Source: Eledone cirrhosa (lineage: Eukaryota). From it: a DNA stretch of 64,000 nucleotides. Within the stretch, counting starts at the first letter, position 1. The number at the start of each line of letters is the position of its first letter. Where the stretch lies: contig OZ024743.1 of NCBI GenBank assembly GCA_964016885.1, positions 76,446,001 to 76,510,000 on the forward strand. Reading direction: 5' to 3'. The position numbers were made by a program, and so were the translations under genes. This document shows, piece after piece, positions 30,672 through 43,112 of this stretch. Under the pieces are notes generated by a model. It did not search any database and was not told the DNA's origin. It saw only the letters and a program-made list of their open reading frames with translations.

Positions 30672-32873
30672 TTACATTTTAAATTTATATTTAAACGTTG
30701 AGTTCAATCTATGTCTGCAGTAACTGAATAAATTGTTCCTTAGGTTCAGGGAATTTTTGGTCTTTAATATAAAGAATATTTCCTCTATACAGAGATCACA
30801 ATTTTCTGAAGAGGAGTTAAAAGGAGTAGCTTTTGAAATAATATTCCAAAGCAACGAATATTTAACGTTCTTTCATTTGAGGTCCCATAATAAGCTAGAT
30901 AGAGAAGTTGAAGAATTTTTGTTTGGATGTGTAAAAGAATTTTTATGATTATTGAAACGGGATTTAAAATCTGAGGAAGTAGATCCCACATAATTAAATG
31001 AATTTAAATTAGGTTTTACATTACAATTATATACTATATTTTTAGCTAAGCAATTGTTATTTAACGGACAGTTAGATTTATTTCTACAGTTACATTTATC
31101 AAATTGGATATTGCTTGGGTTATTAGTGGTATTTTGGTTAGGCTTTAAATTTCTATTATTAATTCTATTAATATTTTGCGCTAAATCTTTGGTGAATGAA
31201 TAAGTTAATTTTATAGTATGTCTATTAAAAATTGAGTAATATCTATGTGTTCTAGGGAAGCATTTGTCAAGAGCTTTAAAGAATAGTTTAGCAATAGGGG
31301 TTTTAATATTTAATGAGAAAGGAGGAGCTAACCATAATATATTCCTAGTTCTATTTCTTTTTTTTTTTTCCGAATTATTGTAAGGTTTTCTATTATAGTT
31401 GTTAAAATTGTTAAAATATTTAAAATTGTTAAGATTATGGTTAGTTGCTATATTATTATTATCAATGTATTTAATTTTATTTCTATACCCAGCTTTACCT
31501 AACGCTTCGTTGTAATAATGTGCTTTATCATCAAATATATTCTTATTAGCTGAAATTCTAGAAATGCGTTGCTGTACAGAATTCACTATAGTATTTTTAA
31601 CGGATCTGGGGTGATTAGAGTTAAAATTAACGTAGTTTAAGTTCTCACTTAGTTTGTGAAATGGATAAAGAAGTCATGTGTTAAGGTTTAATGTTACATC
31701 TAGAAAGTTAACTATGTTATGGTTACTCTCTATTTCTACTTTTAGATTAAGGTAATTAAAAAATTGTATAATTTCTTTTCTTTTCCTATTTAATTCACAG
31801 TTATTATTTTCGATAAGTAAAAGCATGTCGTCACGATATAAACCTCCGGTCATCTCAGGTATTTTCCTATGTAGAGAATTATTTATAAAGAGGCCCACAA
31901 TATCCGTTACCTGAGCGGAATCGGATGATCCCATAGTTATATCAAAGTTATTATTTATATCTGCTCTAGTCCAGAGTTGGTTATTAAATTCTATTAATGT
32001 TTTCCGTGCCGATAATATAATGTGTATTTCATTACTAGTTAAGTCTGTATGTTTAAATGCGTAAGTTAGTGCTTTATTAAGTAGATTAGGAGTGATGGAT
32101 GAGTAATAATTAGCAATATCCAATTGAATAAACTTATTATTATAGTTATATTTAATTTCCTTAAACCAATCGATAACTTCACTAGTTCCTTTCCATAATT
32201 TTAAATTTCTTAATTTGTGGTATTATTCTGTCTAAAATATTCTTGCTAAGTCTGCCAAGGTCCGATTTAGATGGTGCAATTAATCTGACTGGTAAATCAG
32301 TTTCAAAGTTCCTTTTGTGATCCTTCATATTAATTTTAGGTTTCCTTGGCATGAAGGGTTGTGTCTTATTTTCAATGACTAGTTCATGCATTATATAAGA
32401 GGCATCTGTATTCAATTTTTCAAGGTCGTCATTATTTGTTACTTTGTATTTCTTCCTTAATTCCTTTAATATAAGATCGTTATAAATGTTCTTTTGTATT
32501 CCATAAAGATTATTGGTTTTGTCAGACTTGACTAGAATTTTCTCCGTTTTCTCCAAGTTTTCAATATTATTTTTGATACATCTTAAGTAATCCTGGCCTT
32601 TGAAGTTGTTTTTGAATTTGATGCTTTGGATGATAGATATGATTTCATTTTCAAAATCCATTAGTAGTTTGTTGGGGGGTCGATTTTTTTTAGATTTGAA
32701 GATTTTATCAAGATTGGAGACATTCTCATTTACATTAGATTTATCGAAGTGGAAAGCACGCCATCTGATTCTTCTTATAAAAGAGTCTGATTTTTTATTA
32801 ATTGTTTAATAAAGTCTTTATTCCTAGGTAAAGGTATGTCCTTTAGAGAAGAAGAGATCTTAAAGAATTCCAT
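30672..32873 (-). pseudogene. PLE reverse transcriptase + GIY-YIG endonuclease ORF, disrupted (2 frameshifts, 2 in-frame TGA)
   Basis: Reconstruction: MEFFKISSSLKDIPLP...IRRIRWRAFHF...KSDKTNNLY...KDHKRNF...PVRLIAPSKSDLGRLSK...FIQLDIANYYSSI...FDITMGSSDSAQVTDIVGL...GLYRDD...VNFLDVTLNL...SNHP...CNCRNKSNCPLNNNCL..NIVY...YVGST...FKSRFNNH...CDLCIEE...CRH. Frameshifts lie at ~32795 (T6 run) and ~32205; TGA codons at 31674-31676 and 30873-30875. Confidence 0.93.
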
Positions 32874-33665
32874 TTTTCAGTTATAATATAAAGCGCTCAA
32901 CAATAAAGGATGAGAATATATGTAGAAGTTCTATTTAAATTGTTGGGAAACAACAAGCAAATATTTTTATAATTGATATAAAGCACTCAACAAATTATTG
33001 GAGTATGTAGGTGTATGTATATATATTTGTATGTATATATATTTATATGTATATATATCTGTGTGTGCGTATGTATATATATGAATATATTCTTTTAATA
33101 ATTTATAGATTTTTTTTAATAATTTATAGTCTTAATAATATATAGATCTCAATTTTTAATGTATAGATCTCAATAATTTAAATGATAAACTAAACATTTA
33201 ATCATATTTAAACAATGGTTAAAATTTTCCTATTATGTATGTATTTTCCATTCACGCTTATTTACATTTCTCTATTCATCCATTAAATATTTATTCTTTC
33301 ACTTCATCTCAAATGTTAAGATAACTCAACAACCTATCACTTAGAGCTTTCGCTTTCTCTTTTGTTCTTCTTTTCTCTCTCTCTCTTTTTTCTTATTTTC
33401 TTCTTAGAGGTTTTTCTCTTTTTTTCTTTTTTCTCTTTTTTCTCTTTTTTCTCTTTTTTCTCTTTTTTCTCTTTTTTCTCTCTCACTCTCTCTTTCTCCG
33501 TAACCCAACGGCTTATTTAAATCTACTCTGATTTAAAAATATCCAATACTAATTTACATAATAGTATAAATAAATTTATAACCCCACTATCCGGGAGCTT
33601 CCAACAGTAATGGTCGCATTCTTTAAGGGTATGTCAATATTTATTTATAAAACTGCTCTATATTA

Positions 33666-33730
33666 TATTTTATCTGATGAAAGCACACCGTAATTTAACT
33701 TGGTGTCCTTGAAATATGTATAATGAAATA
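33666..33730 (+). ncRNA. Type I hammerhead ribozyme, second copy in inverted pseudo-LTR
   Basis: TATTTTAT CTGATGA AAGCACACCG...TGGTGTCCTT GAAA TATGTA TA ATGAAATA; one A>G change in stem II still pairs as G-U. Confidence 0.82.
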
Positions 33731-33771
33731 AATATGGTTTTATAAATATAGTTTCCATTTGTTAATATATC

Positions 33772-33873
<102 letters not shown>

Positions 33874-33966
33874 AGAAAAAATATATATATATAGGTAGAA
33901 CACTGGAAGGTAATATCCGTAGTGGTAGAGCACTCAGTCCAAGGGACGAGTTAGATAGAAGTGGTT

Positions 33967-34030
33967 ACACAACAGTTAGTTCACCATACCGAGAACAATT
34001 GTTCTGTGTATGGTGAACTAACTGTTGTGT
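33967..34030. repeat. 64-bp near-perfect palindrome
   Basis: ACACAACAGTTAGTTCACCATAC-CG-AGAACAATTGTTCT-GT-GTATGGTGAACTAACTGTTGTGT. Confidence 0.9.
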
Positions 34031-34269
34031 TACTACATACTAAATAGCCAGACCACTGGAAGATGGCGACAGAGATTCACTGAACCAGCCAGACCACTTC
34101 GCAGAGCTCTGTCTTGTGGATGGCCATTCCGTTACCAATTGACGTAAGTATGGAAGCAGCTCTGGAATCCATGATGCCAGATATTTCCACTGCTATGAGT
34201 CCGAAACTAGTATTTATTGATTAATATCGAAAACTTTGATAACTGTCAGATATACTTGCATGTGTATGG

Positions 34270-34331
<62 letters not shown>

Positions 34332-34792
34332 TACGTGAGTGTTTCTTTGTGTGTGTGTGTCTGAATGTGTGAGAATAAAGATAAAAGCAAGTGAGAAATG
34401 TAGTGAGTGGCGGTTTGAGGAAACATGAGTGAAATAGACTTAGAGAGAAGGGGAGAAAACGAAGCAAACAATAAAAGAGAAAGATAGTGGGGATGGAGTT
34501 CATTGAGTGACTTTTTTTTTGTCTGAATTCCTGAAGTATTGGGACCAACTGTTTAAACAAGCTTTCAGTTTCGTTTGCATGCAGTAGTGTTGATGGCGTA
34601 GTTATGAGGTTGTGTGTGGATTATATGGCGCGGCTTCTCTTACCGTGACGTGTGCCTGCCTAATCAGAATAGTCTCTGACGCCGAATGAATGAATCTAGA
34701 AAATGTTAAAGTGTAACAATCTGTTATTTTATTCATGTGTCATTGCAAACCACCGATGATGCCTGTCTCACTCTCTCTCTCTATCTATCTAT

Positions 34793-34832
<40 letters not shown>

Positions 34833-34873
34833 CTCTCTCTATATATATATATCACTCTCTCTATATATATATA

Positions 34874-34932
<59 letters not shown>

Positions 34933-35017
34933 TATCAGCATAACGATACAAGACACACACACACAAAATTGAAAACAAAAGCATACAATTATACATACAT
35001 ACTTAACGATACATATT

Positions 35018-35064
<47 letters not shown>

Positions 35065-35088
35065 GTGTATATATTAATATATATATAT

Positions 35089-35170
<82 letters not shown>

Positions 35171-35224
35171 CGTTTCTGAATTTGTTTAGCAAGATTCTTT
35201 ATCTGAAATCGTGTGTTGAAACCG

Positions 35225-35438
<214 letters not shown>

Positions 35439-35456
35439 TATATATATATATATACA

Positions 35457-35533
<77 letters not shown>

Positions 35534-35872
35534 ACTTGTTCTGCTTATCTTAATATATATATATATGTATATGTATATATTTATGGCAAAGATAAGTAAA
35601 TATGTTTGTAAATATATAAAGAACGATAGGTAGATACAGAGGTGTGCGTGTGTGTTACGTCTATGTGTGTGTGGGTGTATGTGAGTGTGTGTGTGTGTGG
35701 GTGTATGTGAGTGTGTGGGGGGGGGTGAGTGTGTGTGTGTGTGGATGTATGTGTGTGTGTATGTGACTCTGTGTGTGTGTGTATGTGTGTGTATGTGAGT
35801 GAGTGTGTGTGTGCGTGTGTGTGTATGTGTGTGTATGTGAGTGAGTGTGTATGTGTGTGTATGTGAGTGAGT

Positions 35873-35940
<68 letters not shown>

Positions 35941-36234
35941 TACGAGAGATTCGTGAAATATGTTTGATAATAATCGTTTGCAACAGATAACAATCTCGTT
36001 CTTTCGTGCGCCCCCAATAAGGGCACCTTAACGTAGTCACTTAATTTGCTAGAAACAGCAACTAAATCACTCCAAATCAAGTGCTATTGTCCTTAGACAG
36101 GGGACAAATGATCTAAAATTGTCTTTTAAGGAGCAGAATACATTGTATAATGAAGTCTTAGTTATTTTGTGTTTGATCAGAGACGACTTGAGTTTAAACT
36201 AAAACAAACATTATCGATGTATCTTCTTCTCTAC

Positions 36235-36311
<77 letters not shown>

Positions 36312-36522
36312 GAAAAAACTATATTTAGAGAAAAAGGTTTTTTCAAAGAATCCTTTTTCTTAAAACCCCTCGGCCAACGACCTCAACCTATCCCAATCAC
36401 CACCTTCCCCTACCACCAGAAAACATAAATACCACCATATCACGATGACAGTTGGCTTTCCTGATGATTTCCTTCAAATGAAATAGTTCTAGTCCTCTAG
36501 AAGCCGTTTCTATATTAAACAT

Positions 36523-36589
<67 letters not shown>

Positions 36590-36592
<3 letters not shown>

Positions 36593-36804
36593 ATTAAATA
36601 AATGGAAACTATATTTATAAAACCATATTTATTTCATTATATATATTTCAGGGATATCATATTAACAATATGCTATGCCTTCCTCAGACAAAATACAGAC
36701 ATTTATTTAATATTGTAAATATACTCCAAATACTTGTCGAGTGCTTTTATATCAGTTATAAATATTTACTAGTTGTAACCCAACAATTTAAATATAACTT
36801 TCCA
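36590..36804 (+). mobile_element. Mini PLE pseudo-LTR insertion of a related subfamily (inverted segment + 3' terminal segment) in (TA)n
   Basis: 36590-36720 resembles 28735-28870 in the same orientation, and 36722-36804 resembles the reverse complement of 28641-28724. (TA)n lies on both sides. Confidence 0.82.
36630..36695 (-). ncRNA. Type I hammerhead ribozyme, diverged homolog with compensatory stem II
   Basis: UAUUUUGU-CUGAGGA-AGGCAUAGCAUA(loop)UAUGAUAUCCCU-GAAA-UAUAUA-UA^AUGAAAUA. Confidence 0.72.
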
Positions 36805-36820
36805 TATATATATATATATA

Positions 36821-37146
<326 letters not shown>

Positions 37147-37301
37147 GGGGGCGTATATGTATGCATATATGTATGTATGAACGTATGTATTTATGCATGT
37201 ATGTATGCACATATGCATGTATGTATGTATTTGTGTGTACGCGTGTGCGTATATGGATATAATAATCCGTGTGCTTTCAATTATATAAGTACACGTGCAC
37301 A

Positions 37302-38368
37302 TCTATATATATATCTACTATATAAATTTGAAGTGGCCGGACGTTGTATGTGTAGTCGGATAAACGTCGAAACTGCTTGGTGGAATGCAGCGAAAATTTA
37401 CACAATTATGCAGAATTACCCGAGGAGGCGTTGGGTTGACTTTCAAGCTACAAGCTTCCATGGTTACGGAGAAAATCGATGAAACAGGAATTTCCCATTC
37501 AAATTGAACTGAGAGTAATCTGTGAACGCAGAATTAAATATTTCGAGAAACGTTGCAACCGAAGGAAAACAGGAAGACGATATTTTAGTTCGTGAAGACG
37601 TTCCCTGGTAATGAACGGAAAAAAAGCGAGGATAATACGTTGATGTGTGGAGCAAGAAGTACAATTTCACGCAAAGACAAGTTTATGGTATAAATGGAGT
37701 CGTTAGACTAATATTCTATTTAAAATAACAGAATGATTTCCAGCCCCGGTGTTTAAGAATGATGTAAATAAAATTGAAAACGAAAATGACAGAGGTTATT
37801 AAAATAGTAAAAGTAAATAGTGAAGGTCTAGGCCAGTACATACGTATATCCCGACGGACATACACATACATACGCACACACAAATACATACACACCCACA
37901 AAGACACACACACACGCACGCACGCGCGCGTATGTATAAACCTTATGCATTTCTACAGTATTTTCACCAAACTTAAGACATAGGTTACTTATGTACTCCG
38001 GATGGTCATGGACACTTTCATTTTTCCTGATATTGATTATAAGGCCTCCCGGCAGATAACCCCCTTTAACCACTTCTTTGGAGTCGACTGAAGCACTGCA
38101 GTGCAATGCAACAAAACGTCATAACTTCTGGAGTTCGCCACCAATTTTCACAAAACTTGACACATGGGCTACGTTTGTCCTACAGATGAATGTGAACTCT
38201 CAGAATTGGCACATATTGAGTAGGAGACACCTGGGGGGCAGGAATCCCCTTTTGGAAAAAGTCGATGATTTTGTAAAAGTATAGTTTTCGAAGTAGCACT
38301 GAAGTATTGACATAAATGATATATAAAACTGCTATTTAATACCCGAGCAACGCCGGGTACCTCTGCTA

Positions 38369-38369
<1 letters not shown>
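37302..38369 (+). mobile_element. Non-autonomous Helitron (~1.07 kb)
   Basis: A|TCTATATATATATCTACTATATAAA start (the start may instead be the TC at 37314); 3' hairpin ACCCG-AGCAACGC-CGGGT followed by ACCTCTG-CTAG|T. The 3' end closely resembles that of the 17639 element. Confidence 0.85.
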
Positions 38370-38426
<57 letters not shown>

Positions 38427-38431
38427 AAAGA

Positions 38432-38560
38432 GTCAGGACCCCGACGGCTGAGCTCCGGCCGTTTCGACAGCTATTTCTGTAGAGAAATAGCTGCCGAAAC
38501 GGCCGGAGCTCAGCCGTCGGGGTCCTGACAAGGACTAGTGTCCGAAACGTTAAGACCCTC
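38432..38560. repeat. 98-bp GC-rich palindrome followed by degenerate hammerhead-like motif (probable PLE pLTR fold-back)
   Basis: GTCAGGACCCCGACGGCTGAGCTCCGGCCGTTTCG...CGAAACGGCCGGAGCTCAGCCGTCGGGGTCCTGAC; the end of the right arm overlaps CTGACAA-GGAC-TAGT-GTCC-GAAACG. Confidence 0.8.
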
Positions 38561-38639
38561 TTCCTGCTATATCACGCGTTAACCAAATATATCCCTTCCA
38601 TATACTGTACCGATTGTGTTGTTATTTCTGTTTACCTTT

Positions 38640-41135
38640 TACATATATATATATGTACATATTTTTACTGTTCCATTAATGGATTGTACTTATAATTTCC
38701 TAACTAGTTGTGTGCTTTCTGTTCCTGTGAAGCCTAGCTTCTCAAAATTTGTATTGAGGCAGTTACTAACATATCCCAGTGCCCCAATAATCACAGGCAT
38801 AAATCTGAAGGTGTAATCAGGATGGAGTATCTCCAGATTCCTCATTAGTTCTGCATAGATATTCTCCTTTTCGCTAATCTTTGATGTTATATTGGCATCT
38901 GCTGGGCAGCTAACTTTCACTACTGTGTATGCCTTCTTTTCCCTGTCCCATATCATAATATCTGGTCTGTTATGCCTGCATTTTATTGGGGTTTTTACTG
39001 GAACATTCATTCCACCAGTACTCTTTCATATTAGGTATGTGTGTGTCTTCCACATTGCTGTAACTTTTAATATGTTTATTATCGGGGCTATCTTTTCTAC
39101 GGATTGCATTGTACAGTGTTTTGGCCACTACAACATGCCTCATAGGCAGATAGTACCGCGATGACATATTTTCTATGTTAACTCTACAAAGTCTGCATTT
39201 GCTATCACACCTAGGTGTTTTGCCTGCATTCCTATCTCTTTTGTGAATCAGACATTTTGTGCTGATTTCCTGTCCTTGGATTGCAAAAGCGTATCCTTCA
39301 AAGTGGGAGCCAATATAGCGGTTGTTGGTCCAAGATAGAGTCTATTTGCTTACTTATATTACTCTCATGTTGAAGCTTTATTATTTCCTGATATAGCTTT
39401 TCATCCATGGATTAGTTGCTGTATTGCTGTACAATTTCTCTGGGTGTGAACTTTTGGTTATCATGCAGGAAGTATTTCTCAAGAAGCCCCTTCCCAACTC
39501 TCATGATGTCATCTGCTTCATATAGATAGACTTGTTCTATTGATGGGTTCCTACGCTTGGTGGTTTGTATATGTTGTCGGAGGGTTATGATGCGACACTC
39601 AAATGCTACATTTAAGTAGAGGCGGTCTATATCACTTGATGTGAAAATTTCTGGAGCCGGTTAGAACTTATCGGATTTTAACATCAATAGTTCGGATCTC
39701 ATCAAACGTCCAGTCAATCAATTCAAATGTTGGTGTCAGCACTGATACAGCCAACACATTGTGAACCCCTGTTTTATTGTTCCAAAGACCATATTTTTCT
39801 TATTCAGGTGTTATATTCCCTGGTTATTTGTTCCTTGTTACAAATTCCATCACTGGATATATCTTCATTGAATCCCAATCATCTGTAGCAGTCCTCGTCA
39901 GATACCGGAGAAACAGTTAGGCTATTGATAAAAATGTTGCTAGTAGGCTTGTAGGTTTTCCTCTCTTTACAATCATATAGGAACATTTTATACTGGCCAA
40001 ACTCCGTTCCTTTATCTTCCAAGAACGTCATAACCAGATCAAGGTTTTTTTCTAACTATTTATGTTCTTGGCATATCTTTTCAGACTGTCCACAGAGAAG
40101 CTATGTTTTAGGTTAATATTTCTGGCCTCATGTGAACCAATTACGTATCATTCATATTTCCTCAAAATAAAGGACAAGGGATTTACTAACAGTATAAATC
40201 GCATCACAGGGAGGGAGACTGTCCCCTTGAAATATACCCCTGCCATATTTTATTTTATCGGTGAAAATACAGTCCTCCTTCTCTGTATTTAACTTCCGGG
40301 TAGTGACTCAGGAAGAAGATAGGTCTATGGCGTTGATTAATGTATCTGGGACTTTAACGAGTCGAGGGGCCTCTAACACCCAAGAGTGGGAAAGAAAATC
40401 GAATGCTTTCCTGCAATCTAGCCAGACTGTAACCAGGTCCCTCCTATATTGCTTCACCTCAGACATCGCGATTTTGTTAATTAGGAGTTGCTTTCTTCCA
40501 GCTACTTGCTCACCTGAAGGTATAGCTGTATACATTCTATACATTGGTTTGGAGCATGGAGTATGTCGTTACTTTTTTGCCAAGTGGGTTTCTTTCTTTT
40601 GCTAGATCAATGTTGTTTCTGCTAATGGCAACAAGCTTGATATGTGTATCTCTCTTGAGGTCTTGTTGGTAGAGATTGATAAGATGTCCAATAACAAGAG
40701 GTCTTGTTGGTAGAGATTGATAAGCTACGTCCACTAAGTCTTGAGGGCTTGTTGGTAGAGATTGATAAGCTACGTCCAATAACAAGTCAGGCTTTGTACC
40801 AGTAGCCCACACTAAGTCTCTTCCTGTTGCTTTCATATCTTGAAGTTTTCCTCTGACAGTCTCATGGGTATCATCATTGATGGTGTATGTTTTGGGAGGT
40901 GTAATGCAGGGGCAAAAGTTCGTATGGATCTTTTTCAACCATACAGCATCTTGTTTAAACTTCTTCTCTTCACCCTATATTTTTCTCCAGAAGGAATCTA
41001 TGTCTTTCTGTGATGGGGCCTCAGTGACATTTATTACTTTGCCCTTCATATCTCTATAGACTGATGTTTGGTTTCTGCTGAATCTTTTATTTATTATTTT
41101 TCTTTCAACCACCCTCTTCTTTAGACAGATAATTT
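38640..41135 (-). pseudogene. Decayed non-LTR retrotransposon, RT + restriction-like endonuclease (R4/Dong-like)
   Basis: RT fragments QLLINK...WLDCRKAFDFLSHSWV, GIFQGDSLPP (~40210-40240) and HSFSVDSLKRYA; EGYAFAIQGQEIST; CRLC...RH zinc-knuckle remnant; RLE HNRPDIMIWDRE...VKVSCP...KENIY...PVIIGALG. Many frameshifts. Confidence 0.88.
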
Positions 41136-41561
41136 ATTGGTGGCAACAGCTAAAATACAAATGTAGCAATAATAATGTAATAGAAGACATGATATATCTT
41201 TAAAGGAAATTACAATGAACTGTTAAATAAATACTAACTCAATGCTCTAGAATAAAAGTATATAATGGTCGGTGGTACCATGCCAAGCAAGTTGAGACCA
41301 TCATCAACTCAACAATGAGAGAGTGAGTATCTAACTGATAAAATGACAAGTCAAGTCAATCATATCGGTGGCCTCTCCACAGTCCCGGCGGACAGAATAG
41401 AGAAGGCGTTTCCCCGGGGGACGGCAAGGGAGATCGGAGTTTCTCACTGACAACTCTCAATTCTTGTTTGAGTCTGATCAACGTGTATTGAGTTCTGCTA
41501 ATACAGTCTCCAGATATCATTTCTATTTTATTTTTCACTCTTTGCTGGTGAGGAGTGTAGG

Positions 41562-41597
<36 letters not shown>

Positions 41598-42149
41598 CTG
41601 TTTGCATGTGATAAGCACTGCCACATGGCCGATAGTTTTCGTAGGTCAGCGATCTTTTATTTCTATTTTTGAAATAAACGTGTTTTTTTTTTGTGTGTTG
41701 TTTTGTTTCTATTAACATCGTTATTATCGCCAAGATAATGATTTAAGGTCATCGCTACGGCATATAGACAGACGTCAATTTGCCAAAATGTAGGGCCTTT
41801 AATTAGTCGTAAATATTCACCTCCAATTTCTTCAATAGCATGCAGAATATCTTTGTTCGGTTTCTTGTTTAATATTGTCGTTTTATGTCTTTTTTGAGAG
41901 AAAATGTTTTATTCATAAATTAATCTCTTTTTCGTAAATTTCACTTAGGATATATTTTATTATTTGTATTCTTCACTTTCACAGCTAAAGGTATTTGACG
42001 GTATTTTGACGTTGGTGGTTAACGTGACAGCAACATATAGCAGTTGAGACAAAGTTTTGTATATGCTGTATGTATGTATAAGTATGTAAGTATGTTTGTA
42101 TGTGTGTATGTTTGTATGTGTGTGTGTGTGGTTTTAGTATTTATATTTT

Positions 42150-42433
42150 GTGGAGCGAGTCACTCTGATATAAAACCTGCGCCATCATTTGCATCCAATG
42201 ATGAAGACCAGTTCTACGTTTTGGGTAAATGCATTCAGAGAGAGGGATTGGCCCCGGGCAAAATCTTTCTTCACTTAAAAAATCTTCAATCGATTGATAT
42301 ATGACATTCTTTGAACTGCATGGTATTGCTGGCCATAGACAAGTCCCTAGCAGGACTAAAACGTTACATCCGTAGTTCTCATTCTTAAGTATCAAGAGAT
42401 GGCATTACTCGAAATCGAGTTGCAGCCATCATG
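42150..42433 (+). mobile_element. RTE-like non-autonomous element, copy 1 (5'-truncated; one proto-48-mer)
   Basis: ACTCTGATATAAAACCTGC...CCAATGATG...TTCAGAGAGAGGGATTGGCCCCGGGCAAAATCTTTCTTCAC...; ends ATGGCATTACTCGAAATCGAGTTGCAGCCATCATG followed by (TATG)n. Confidence 0.7.
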
Positions 42434-42721
42434 TCTGTATGTATGTAAGTATGTCGGGTCACTCTTGAATGCTACTGGTAACATGTAACCCAGTACAACC
42501 TGTTGTATGGTCGGCGACTAAACCGGCAACCCCACCAAGTTTACTTGGTGAGGAGGGTGATTTTGGTCACTTGCAGGACAAAAAACAAAACCTGACAAAG
42601 GGCAAAAGAACTCATAAGAGTCAACGGCCATCCAAAAATGTGTAAATATATATATATACATGTATGCATGTATATATATATATGTGTACATATGTATATG
42701 CATGTATGCATGTGTATGTAT

Positions 42722-43080
42722 ATGCGTGGGGACATAGAAATAATTGGGCTGGATACCTGATCGCGCAGTTAAACCACTGGGAGTGAAGGACCAGGACCCC
42801 TACCTAGCCTTTGTCAGAGTATTCTTCTAGGAGAAGGTAACTCAGGAAACTGGGATAACTCCGACATAAAACATGCGGCTCAGTAGTTACCGATGATGTT
42901 GATCTTTTTCTTCTTTTCGGGTTATAGCTACTGTCGCTCAGAGAGTGGGATTGGCTCAGTGCACAGTCTTTCCTCACTTTAAAAATAATCTTCACGCACA
43001 GGCATTGCACGATAGAATTAATTAATAATTATTAATAATGTTATATCCTGCAATGACTATACGAGGGGCCAGCCATCATG
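42722..43080 (+). mobile_element. RTE-like non-autonomous element, copy 2 (one proto-48-mer at ~42930-42974)
   Basis: Starts ATGCGTGGGGACAT, contains CTAGGAGAAGG.AACTC and CTCAGAGAGTGGGATTGGCTCAGTGCACAGTCTTTC, and ends CGAGGGGCCAGCCATCATG followed by (TATG)n. Confidence 0.72.
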
Positions 43081-43112
43081 TATGTATGTATGTAGTATGT
43101 ATGTATGTACAT

